Shown here: piece after piece, positions 25,941-36,556 of the stretch
Layout: every line of letters starts with the position of its first letter
How positions within the stretch are numbered: the first letter of the stretch is position 1
DNA from: Xylographa opegraphella
Taxonomy: Eukaryota
Length of the DNA stretch: 64,000 nucleotides
Reading direction: 5' to 3'
NCBI GenBank assembly: GCA_022813865.1
Contig: JALDZX010000015.1
Coordinates: 124,001-188,000 of the forward strand
The notes under the pieces: generated by a model
What the model was told of the DNA's origin: nothing
The model's input: the letters and a program-made list of their open reading frames with translations, nothing else
Databases searched by the model: none
Program-made: the position numbers and the translations under genes

Positions 25941-27195
25941 TCACTCGCCATTAACAGGCTTATGACAGACGGTCACTTTTTCCTGAAAATAGCTGGGCCG
26001 GCCATCCTCGTAGACGATTTCCATTTTGGGGTCTTTCTTGAAATCACCCATCGGTGCGCTCAACCACTCGCCATCCGCCATCAAAGCAACGCTACAATGC
26101 CACGGTGTCGTGAACCCAGTCTTGGTATTGAGCAAGCTCATGGACACCTTGTGCTCGCCTGTCGATTGATGGATAGAGAGTCGTAAATAATTGGGAAAGG
26201 CGTCTTTGACCGCCCCAGCGAAAGCCTGTATGGGAGATGGTTAGCTGGAGCTACCCATCATTCATGACATCCCGGTGGGGGCTAGTGGTTTGTGAGACTT
26301 ACGTATCCCCGAATCAGCATCTCCTTGGCGAGATACTTCACGTCCCGCTTGTAACGACTACTCGTCCTATCCTTGCCGGTTGGAAAGATATATTGCAAGT
26401 CAGACTCGAGGAATCTCCGATACCCGCGATATGTCATCAGTGTGTCAGGCTTCGTGGCAATTTCGTGGTCGATGTCGAGGTCATCCTTGCCATATTTGTT
26501 GAGGAGAAATCGGCGGAAGTTGGTAGCGTTGGCGACGTAGGTGATCTCTCCAAATTTCTCTGGTAGGGGAAACTTGACAAGATCTCTGAGTCTGGAAAAG
26601 TCAATGTGTGTGAACCTCTTTTCCGTAGCCATGGTGCGTAAAGCCTCTCCGTAGGCCCAAGTATCGCGATCTGGTATACCCAATAAGTCTATAGAATACA
26701 ACAACGCTGATTAGCAAGAAGACTTAGAGTCGAGACAGCTGAGTGGATAATATAGCTGTACAAACCATTGTAAACGAGGCCATCCGAAATGATAGTAAGT
26801 TTAGCGCCCGGCGGGTATATATCCGTTATACGCACACACATTGTGTTCAACCGTTCTAAGGCCAGCTCCTCGGCCTTGTCCGGTAGAATACCGAAAACTT
26901 TATACACCTTGTTTGCTGACTTGAACGGGAACGCTGGCAGACACATATCAACCCGCTTCCCGGTTGTGACGAATTGGTCAATGACTGACAAGAACTTGGG
27001 TGTGCTTGCGGCGAGCCGTTGTATAGTGTCATCGAATTTGTTGAGGGCGTACTCAAAGATTATGGCTAAGATCTGAGTGGAGATCTCCGCTCCCTCCATT
27101 TTCCACCCTATCGTGTCATAGGAGTCAAAGGAAGTTTTCTTGTCGTCCAGAGCCAGCCTCATGGCATCATCTGTAACTTGAGCAAGGACCTCCAT
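25941..27195 (-). CDS. Isocyanide synthase (Dit1/PvcA/IsnA family), stand-alone; exons 27195-26766, 26688-26303, 26225-25941
   Basis: Spliced product has the family motifs LPAFPFKSAN, KVFGILPDKAEELAL, IYPPGA..IISDGLVYNDLLG, YLRLSIH and TTPWH. Both introns are GT-AG with GCTAAT/GCTAAC branch sites. Confidence 0.93.
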
Positions 27196-29206
27196 GATGG
27201 CAGAGACTGAATAGGGAGTGACAAATCTGATCCGAGAAAACCCAGGAATAATTAAATAAAAAGAGGAACCACAATGAGACTTAAAGCTAAGAGAGCCAAC
27301 AATAGCTAGAAGAGATGTACCCGTCAAATTGACAGTCGACTTTCAGAGAACTGTGTGCATAGAGCACGGCATCGTGGCTGAGTAATCTTTCCGCCTTCCT
27401 GATTTTGTCACATTCGCTGAGCCGCTTCTGATAGTAGCCTAAAGCAAACCCACTGTTCTCATAGGAAGCCTTGTACTATCATCCCGAGGCTACTTACTTC
27501 GGCATCAGGGATGATGATCCCCAGCCTAGTTCAGAGTATTTCTCATCATTTTAGAGTAAGTCTTGCGCATTATGAGTATCGTCATATTTATTATTACTCC
27601 ACTGTTAGTGCTGACGAAGGATACGTATTACATGTCCACCGCTTTGCGTCACCTCGAGATCCTTCCCGCGGGATAGTTTGCATCGGAGCATGAGATTTTC
27701 ACGATGCAAGGACGGTGGCGATAATGAGCGTTAATATCCTAGCAAAAGCGTGCGGACCAAGTTCTTGATCAGACCTAGCTGGGTTTCGTATGACCCAAGC
27801 CGTGAAACTAAATTTTGACATAATCTTCAACGAGGCCATGCTGATTGGCCACGTCAGGAAGGCGAAGGAAGGCGCTCCATAACCCAGCAGCCAAGACAAG
27901 CAACAGCGAATAACATTCTATCAAATGAAGTCTTTCACACTATCAATGGCGAGATGAGCATTGACGGAATAGAGTACACCCCGGAAGGTGTGTAACAATA
28001 CTTGATGGAGATGGACTGGGCGGTACAAGGTAAGCATACTCAAAATACTACGACAACCTCAAGCGAAGCAAAGCGAGTATGTAGTAATAGATTTGATCCT
28101 TAAGTAGTGCACGAGACAAGAGACATACCAAACATAAAGACTAGCATAAACAGACGCAAGGTAATGTAAGATCACAGATCTTCTTCCAAGATGTGGATAC
28201 CAATAGTACTCACGGGACAGCGATTGATAGGTAAGAAAGCAAGCTCCACAAGGAATGAAGACGTTTAGAGGTTAGTTCTCATCAATCTCGAAAGGTGCTC
28301 TACCCAGCTGCTTTGTAGCATAGTCATCCAAAGGACCAAGTAAGGTAAGGTAGTTCGGCTTACTAGCGTCTGCCATGAAAATGCGGCTGATAGCGGGCGG
28401 GACGGTCCCGGGCCCCTAGATCATCCAACGTTACCTTAGCGTTCCAATCCGCGTTACACTTAGCGGCGCAGCCTGTAGTCAGCAGCCTAGCATGGGCGTA
28501 CAAAGTACAAGGACTTCTGTATCAACCTCCCCGAGTAATAAAATCTCCGTTGTGGGGCTCGTGCGGAACAACGAACCAATGGTAATGACCTCAAACCTTC
28601 TCAAATACAGTCAGCCGGAGGACGGTGATCACTTCGCCTTGTCTGGTCCACCAAGTAATGGTCCATCATGATCTAGGCGAGATGGCTGGGAACGGCCGAG
28701 ACCGTTCTTTGGCAGTAAAACGCATCCTGTTCCAGGCGAGCTACCCAAATTCTAAACAAGGCAATCGAGCAAAACCAGTTAGAAAGGAGCTTTGATACTC
28801 GCGGACTTGGTAATTTGCCACTGGAGATAGAAGGAGCGTCTTTTCGCCGAAGGCAGCAGCAGGCCGCTTGCCGTTACGCCCCGGTATAGGCTCTTTTCGG
28901 CTGGCTTGAGATACTGTTTCGGGAGAGCTATGTTTCTATTCCCGGATATGTTATTTGTGTTGTGATGCTGTGATTCCTGTGTGAGGTGATATATCATCCT
29001 GTGAGACAATGGGTGTAGCCGTGTCCGCTACCCTGAGCACTCCAGCTCTTTTACTTACCTCTTTTCAAGCATTCAATACGTCTTCAATGTGGTACACGAG
29101 AGGATGATTGGTTCTATGATGCACTAAATCCGATGTTTCTATAGTGCGAAACAAGATCCTCGGACTCGTTGAGGCCAAAACCGATCAGGTCCACTACTCC
29201 CCAGGA

Positions 29207-32200
29207 TTATCCCATAAACCTAGCGTATTGGGTGAATTCTTCATCCTTTGTCAGCATGTCAAGCTCTTCAGGGAGTGTTCCCAGTAGCAGCTCAACACCG
29301 CCGTCATCGCGCATTGGAAGGATAATCAAGAGCCGAAACGCTGTGTTGAACCGGTCCATCTGCAAACGCATGGTGTCGGGTACGCCTTCGTTGGCAAAGA
29401 ACTCACCGCCAAACGAGATTTCGCCCGTCTGGAAGAGCATCAGATTATTCATCATGGCGTGCATACCCGCGAGGCCCATACAGGCGTTGGTGAGCATGCT
29501 GTAGTCGGGTACAGATTGCAGAAGCGTGAACGCATCGTGCACAAGCGATGGGGTGATACGCGTAGCAGCCTCGCGGACAAGATATGCAATGCGCCCGATA
29601 CTCGTCTCTGGTGCGCAGAGCTCCTCCACGGACATGTAAGGACGATTTGTCACAAGACAACTGCCCATGTAAGACGATGGCAGCAAGGAAGAGAAGTACG
29701 GGCGGGCATCAATGGGCATCTCCATAATGGATATATCTTCAGGTGCGAAAGTCTCCCCTCGGAGCTCCTTTGCCACGCGGTATCGCGCTTTGATCGCTGC
29801 CCGCCAGAAGAAGGCTTGTACAATGTCACTGATGGATGTTACGGCACCCTTAGCTTCTGGGTCAGCAAGCACCTTCTGCTGTAGCTTCTTCACATTTTCG
29901 GGCGGAATGAAGAACGTGGTTGACTTCATGTGGCGGCCATCCGCAGGAGGGATTGGTGGCCAGGCAAACTTCCGAGGGAAAGGAGGTGCTGGAGGGAGAG
30001 CTGATTGTGTTGGACCGGCCTCAATCTTGACTGTGCTGTTTCCATTTTGAAGCTCGGCTGGGTTTGAAAATCCAAGAAATCCCCATACCTGGGGATCTAC
30101 CTCGTGAGCTGGCTTAGCGTACCCTTCTAGCTCGTATAGGATATGCGGCAAGCTGCGATTCAGACTTTCGGGGTCTAACCAGCTGCACGTTGCTGAGGTA
30201 TCGCCTTGAACATATCTGCAACTTTCAGCCCAAACCCTCATTGCGGTGATGACACCAGAACCATCAAAACCTGCGTGGTGAACATTTATAGCGAGGATGC
30301 AGCCACCCTTGACAAAGTTGGCCTGTGCAATCAAGACGTCGCTGGGCAACGGCGGGAACCAGGGGTAATCAAGGACGACTTCGTCTTTGAAAGCCGAGGA
30401 CACGAACCCGGCAGCTTGCAACTCCTCGAAGGATGGGAGGATTTCGGATAGATCCTTGTAGCGCAGCTGCCTTGGGCTCACATCAGACTCCATGAAATTG
30501 CTTTCTGGAGTAGCAGTCGACGCAATGAGAGGAAGAGTGATGCGAAGATCACCCTTCTTGTACCCCATTTCGTGTTCCGAGCACCGCATCACTTTACCCT
30601 CGAGCTCCGGAATCAGTTGTATTGTGCGGCGAAGACCCTCCTGTAGTCTCGCAAAGACCTGTTCGAAACGGGCTTCTTCGCGCAGAGGGAAGTAAAACTT
30701 CATTCCCACATAGATGTTAGGATTCATAAGATCAAAGGGGTTTACCTTGGGTGAGAGTCGCGACTTGTGCAAGGCCATCATTTTGTTCATCGTGGCAACA
30801 CCCGTGTTAGCGGGCTCGTTCGAAGACGTACCATTGGCCATCGTCTTTCTCGCCTCGGCTACCAATCTTGCTATGCTGGCGGAAAACTTGGCAAGGGTAG
30901 GGCTTGCGTAAAGATGTCGAGGAGAGAGTCGGTCGTGCAGGCCAGTGGCAGTCCGGATAGATTTGACAGCCCGAAAAACGAGGAGTGAGTCGAGTCCCAG
31001 ATTAAACATATCCTCGTCCGGCGACATGTTTTTGAGCTCAGGCGATAGGGAACCAAAGACGTAACGGATAGCGTGCATTATGGAATCAACTGAGCTTGTG
31101 TCAATTGTCAGGAACTGTGTATCCTCCTCCTCTAGCCGAGAGCGGTAGAAGCGCTCAATATAATCAGCGTACAATATGAGGGTAGCGCGTCGCTTGACGG
31201 TCCCCTTGTCGGTCCGAACAAATGGCTTTTCCGGCTCTGCAAAGGTGATGTAATCCCTCTGCAATTGATTCTTATGCAGAGATATCGCGTTGGCTCTTTC
31301 TATCGTCGACCATATGCTATTGAAGAGCTCATTGTTCCCTGATGCTGGATTTTTCAACTCGATAAGCAAGCCGGCCTGAGGCTTTCCCGTACCGATCTGT
31401 AGGATACTCTTCCTTCAGCTTTGGGGTCTTTCTTCATTTCTAGGGACTGAGGGCAAGGGAAGCTTGAGGAAGGCTCACTTACCACAAGGCAGCCTTCAAT
31501 TGCAGGATGCGTCGTAACTAAGGCTTCCGTATCCAAGGGTGATATCTTGTAACCGTTTGACAGAACAACGATATCGTCGTTTCTTCCCTTATAAGCCCAT
31601 AGATTCGGCTTGGTAGGATGCTTGGCGTACAGATCTTTGAAATTGATAATTGTCTGGTCGGGAAATGTGTAAAATATGCCCTGGAATAGAGGCGCATGCT
31701 CATTACGATGTACCCAGTGCTCATATATACCAGGCTCCACCTCCTTGAATTCAAAGCCGGAAAAGGGGTGGAAGGCAAAGTAGAGCCAATCTTCCCGGGC
31801 TACCCAAAGATTACCGATAAACAAACCCTCGGTTGTGCCAGTCAAGTTCAGGACTCGGACCACGTCATTTACTTTGCCAGCACTAGTAGGACTGACGGGA
31901 CCTTGAATGTGATGTACATTAGTGTATGATCATGAGAGAAAGAGACAAGGTTCGGTGGGGGCAATTTGGTGGAAGGCGTGTGCTCACCGCCAGACGCGCA
32001 GATAAATTTCGACGACTTGAACTTAGCCAAGACGTCTGGAATTTCGCCCAGCTCATCGACCAACGACGGAATCATACTCCAGATGTCAATTCTCGCATGC
32101 TCTGCCAGAGACTCGATGAGGTTCATGTTGGGTATCACACCGGCGGGCCCCATGATGCAGTGCAGGCGGAAGAGTGAAGGCAAGAGGATATTCATAATAA

Positions 32201-33130
32201 TACCGGCTCCCTATAAAGTTCAATAAGTCATGCACTCTTCAGAACAGTCATGAAAAGGGACGCATACGTGGCTCATGGGGAATGATGAGTATATCCTATC
32301 ACCGTCCTTCCAATCAGACGTCCAAGGTACCATACCACCGTCGCTTTCAGTTTGCGGAAGCAGCCGCACAGCATCCATTGTGCTAATCAAACCGTGAGAC
32401 CATGCTATGGGCTTGGGTAATCCCGTCGAACCAGAGGTATGCAGGAGGCAGAATGGGTCTGTAACAGATTCTTCAAAAGTCTTATTATACGGATAGGGCT
32501 CGGTCGCTTCGGCATTGAGTAACTCGTCCAGTTCAGGGAGATCGAGTACTTTCATCAGGCGTTGCCGTAGGAAGTCTTCCACCAAGCGGGAAGTCGTACC
32601 GCAAGGCTTGACCCAGACATTGCATGCTGCTGCTTCAAGGATTGCTAGTGCCCCTTCAATGCTGTTCTTTGGAGAGAGAAACAAGGCCTGCGTGGGAAAT
32701 AAATAATTTTAGCGTCAGCCGGCACAACTGTGCGCGCTGGGTCTCGTGATGTGGAAGGTCCTGAACGTACAGTGTAGCCGGCCTTGACGCACGCGTACGT
32801 TAATAAAATGTGTCGAAGATCATCTAGGTATTGTTAACTGCGTAGGCGGATAGAACACTCAATGCTTGCGGGGTCTTGTTTGCTTTCCAACTTACGAGGC
32901 CCAATATAGCCCACTGTCTGTATCACCGAGCTTTCTCCAATCTGGTTGTGGAGCCGCCAAGCGGTTTTGTCAACTGCATTCACAAATGCGCGTGCGGATA
33001 CATGACGAAATCCACAGGCTATGTCCGAAGATATCGCTATTGAGTATATAATGCGGTCTGGCTCAGTAGATGCCAGGTTGTCCATGATCTGAGGAATGAG
33101 CCTCTTGCCGTAATTCGTTGAGGTCGCCAT
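29207..33130 (-). CDS. NRPS-like enzyme: adenylation - thiolation - C-terminal CoA-dependent acyltransferase (HxxxD) domain; multi-exon
   Basis: GKRLIPQI start typical of fungal NRPS-like A domains, LHTSGSTGLPKPI (A3), GTTEG, FKDLY..HP, KGRNDDIVVLSNGYK, RTDKGTVKR (A10 Lys), carrier motif FNLGLDSL, then QANFVKGG..HHAGFDGSG and ISFGG (DFGWG-like). No reductase domain. Confidence 0.92.
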
Positions 33131-34102
33131 GGCTGCAGCAATAGCTTGGATAGGAGATAGTTGAGATGTTAGAGGCCAGGTCGAAATGACTGGAAGATTG
33201 AGATCCAGATTCGGCCACTGGAAATTCGACGGTTTGGAGGTCATGTAGTATGTAATGCAAGTAGAGTATAGGCACCGCAGCCTGGTCATTCACTGGCCAG
33301 CACATGCTGGGTTTTCCACAGTAGCGCACATAAAACTCTCTCATATTCTCTCACTCTATGCCCGCTGTAGCCGAGAGGTTACGGTAACGACAGTAAAATT
33401 GAATGCATCTTACTGACATCGCCAAATGCCAATCATGTTGTTTGAAAACATGCAGACTAAGGTACGTAAGGTAATGGTAGGCAGCATGATTACACATGTG
33501 GGTACCACATCAATTCAGGATCAATTACTGAGCTGCTATTGGGCATTCGATGCCCAGGCCATTAACCTGGTAGTCAGCAAGATGTTTCCAAACTGGCTAG
33601 TGGCACTTATGTAATTTGCCTCACACCGCTAGTTTTTCCCTAGTCGTAGTTGAGCAAGAAGGAAGACAACCGAAGGTTGTTTAAATTCTATTTCCAATTA
33701 ATCTAATATAATGGTGGGAAGGATCAGTCCAAGGGAGCCGAAAAACACACGAATCCAATGTAAGGTTTAACGGCTGGAACGCAGCACGGGTTGAAAGTTT
33801 TTCCTCGCCGAGACACAATAGCCCTTAGCGTCAAACGCTTCAAGTATGTGTATCAGGTACTGTGTAAACTTGTTGTTTTGAATGAAGGGAAAGGAAGATG
33901 TCATTTAATATTACGCTTTGTTCCCCACCAAGCTAGCTCGATTTTGGCGCGGGTAAAGTAAGAACACCTCTGGAAGTCGCCATCGCCCTGACGCTTTACA
34001 AGGTCACGGAGTAGCTCCGAGCGCGGCTATGGTTGAGCAAGTTTCAAGCAAACTACTTTGGAGTAGCAGAGGGGAGGGGCTAAAAAAATGGTGTGCTTGT
34101 AA

Positions 34103-34110
34103 TTTGCTCA
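34103..34110 (+). promoter_or_regulatory. Mac1-type copper-response element candidate (TTTGCTCA) in the NRPS-like/MFS divergent promoter
   Basis: Exact match to the yeast CuRE TTTGC(T/G)C(A/G) about 150 bp upstream of the MFS ATG. Inverted near-matches TGAGCAAG at 34034 and 33651. Confidence 0.45.
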
Positions 34111-34253
34111 AATCAATACGTACCTTCGCTATCACTCTTAACTGCAGTCGCAATCGTCTCCACAGCCTATTTTCCTTCAATCTCTTGCTGCTCAGCAGGT
34201 CGGTCCTTCTTTCTGTTCCCCCATTTCAACCCCGCTGGGTCGACAGAAAGACT

Positions 34254-36026
34254 ATGGGCGATATTCAAGATCATCAGGCTGAGCCACCGCGAGTCGATGA
34301 CGGTGCCACGGATAAGAAGTCCAACATCATGGTCAGCGACATAAGCTGTGGCCAGGGCGTACACTCGAGCTTCGACGCTGAGAAACCAGTCCATCCGGAT
34401 GCTCAGGCTGGTGTGCAGAATATCGAGGCCGTCACCTCGGTGTGGACGACAACCTCCCTGATCATTGCCTATGTGATGATATGGATCATCTACCTAGTCA
34501 TGCTTATGCAGCAAGGCGCACTGGCAGCGTTGACTCCTTTTGTAACCTCCGCCTTCCAGGAGCACTCGCTCACGCCCACCGTCGCCGTAATCAGCGGCAT
34601 CATTGGCGGTGTCTTTAAGCTTAGCCTCGCAAAAATTCTCGACATATTTGGCCGGCCCCAAGGATATTTATTGTCTGTGATCTTGGCCACACTCGGCCTT
34701 GTTATGATGGCTGCTTGCAATAGCGTTGAGATGTACGCCGCAGCTCAGGTCTTCTACACTGTTGGTCAAAACGCCTTGCTGTATAGCATCTCCATCTTCG
34801 TCGCAGACACATCCTCGTTGCGCAATCGAGGGCTCATGCTCGCCTTTGCCTCCTCGCCTAATCTTGCCACCACCTGGCTATCTGGCCCAATCTCTGAAGC
34901 CTACCTTGAGGGGCCAGGCTGGCACTGGGCCTTTGGGACATTCTCAATTGTTGTACCCATCGTTACCCTTCCGCTGTTCGGCCTTTTCGTGTGCAATTCC
35001 AACAAGGCCAGGAAGCAGGGCTTTCTTCCCAAGCACGAGAGCCACCGAACGAGCTGGCAGTCCTTCATCCACTACTGCCGCGAGTTCGACGCTGTTGGCC
35101 TCCTTTTGCTTTCTGCTGGCCTGGCGCTCTTCCTTCTGCCATTTAACATTTACACTATGCAAGAGCAAGGATGGCGTGCTCCCCTCATCATCTGCCTGCT
35201 GGTTTTCGGCATCATGCTTATCATTATGTTCATTCTTTGGGAAAGATTCTTCGCCCCTGTCACCTTCATTCCCTACACGTTACTCCTGGATCGTACAGTC
35301 CTCGGCGCTTGCGTTCTTTCCGCTACGCTCTTCATCAGCTATTACTGCTGGGCTAGCTTATTTAGCTCTTTCTTGATGGTTGTAAATAACCTAAGCATCA
35401 CTGAGGCCAGCTACGTTTCCAATATCTACAGCGTCGGTAACACCTTGTGGGCACTCGTTGTAGGCTGGCTGATCCGCCAGACTGGTCGCTACAAGCCTGT
35501 TTGTCTCTGGTTTGCTATCCCTCTACACATCTTTGGCATAGGCCTTATGATAAACTTTCGTCAGCCCGACTCCAATATTGGCTATATCGTTATGTGCCAG
35601 ATATTCGTCTCCTTTGCTGGCGGCACCATCATAATCTGTGACCAGATCGCTGTAATGGCCGCCGCCTCGCACCAGCACATTGCTGTCGTGTTGGCTGTTG
35701 AGGCCATGTTTGCTGAGGTTGGTGGCGCCGTCGGGTCTACCGTGGCGGCCGCAATCTGGCAGGACGTTTTCCTTGCGAAGCTCGCGGAATATCTTCCCGC
35801 TGAAGCGCTGCCAAACTTGGCCACCATTTATGGCGATTTGAACACACAATTGATGTACCCGGTGGGCTCGGCTACTCGTATCGCAATTCAGCATGCATAT
35901 GGTGATGCGCAAAAAATGATGTTGATTGCCGGTACTGCTATTTGGGCAGTTGGGTTTGTAGCGACGTTTTGGTGGCGAGATATCAACGTTAAGGGCATCA
36001 AACAGATAAAGGGCAATGTCATTTGA
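34254..36026 (+). CDS. MFS transporter of the siderophore-iron (SIT/Arn/MirB, CrmD-like) family, intronless
   Basis: AQAGVQNIEAVT..W, TSAFQEHSL, AKILDIFGRPQG, FVADTSSLRNRG, EFDAVG, AIQHAYGDAQ, many hydrophobic helices. Likely start MGDIQ at 34254. Confidence 0.92.
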   Translation: MGDIQDHQAEPPRVDDGATDKKSNIMVSDISCGQGVHSSFDAEKPVHPDAQAGVQNIEAVTSVWTTTSLIIAYVMIWIIYLVMLMQQGALAALTPFVTSAFQEHSLTPTVAVISGIIGGVFKLSLAKILDIFGRPQGYLLSVILATLGLVMMAACNSVEMYAAAQVFYTVGQNALLYSISIFVADTSSLRNRGLMLAFASSPNLATTWLSGPISEAYLEGPGWHWAFGTFSIVVPIVTLPLFGLFVCNSNKARKQGFLPKHESHRTSWQSFIHYCREFDAVGLLLLSAGLALFLLPFNIYTMQEQGWRAPLIICLLVFGIMLIIMFILWERFFAPVTFIPYTLLLDRTVLGACVLSATLFISYYCWASLFSSFLMVVNNLSITEASYVSNIYSVGNTLWALVVGWLIRQTGRYKPVCLWFAIPLHIFGIGLMINFRQPDSNIGYIVMCQIFVSFAGGTIIICDQIAVMAAASHQHIAVVLAVEAMFAEVGGAVGSTVAAAIWQDVFLAKLAEYLPAEALPNLATIYGDLNTQLMYPVGSATRIAIQHAYGDAQKMMLIAGTAIWAVGFVATFWWRDINVKGIKQIKGNVI

Positions 36027-36556
36027 TCTTTCGACATGGTGAGATGGACAAAATACACAACGGTCAATGTGACAGCCATAACAAAGAATTGGTGTTTGGC
36101 AGAGATGTCTCGGCGCAACATGAATGAACAAGATACGCGGAATATGTAAGAAAGAGGCAGAGAAAAATGGTGAGAATCGGAGTGAAGGTAGCAAGCAAGC
36201 ATTCTTTTTCCAATGATGATCAGACGGACTCGAAAAGCCCTGAATGTAACATACATCACAATGGCTGCCTCAACCCAAACTTTTCCACTTACCTCCACTA
36301 GTTCATGATAAAAGCATAAAAATGCCTTGTGGATAGGCCAATTCAAAGACGTTCAGATGGCCTCCTCCAATCGTTCCTGATAACCACACCTTCATGAACA
36401 AGAATAGGTGGTTAGACAGAATGAATCCATGTTAGAGATACTAACCCGCCAGCTGCAAATTCATCACCGGGTACGCAAATATGTGGTCGCTCGGGTCGGT
36501 AAAGAATCACGCTAAACCTTATACGTATCTTGCATATCTCAGAACCACAAAACTTA

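Noticed and set aside
27200..29200. Hidden crmB/crmC-like gene or transposon between the ICS and NRPS-like genes
   Set aside because: Only short ORFs with no recognisable motifs or terminal repeats.
34029..34253. N-terminal extension of the MFS from the upstream ATG
   Set aside because: The sequence looks like promoter/UTR (pyrimidine tract, CuRE-like motif); the family-like sequence starts near MGDIQ.
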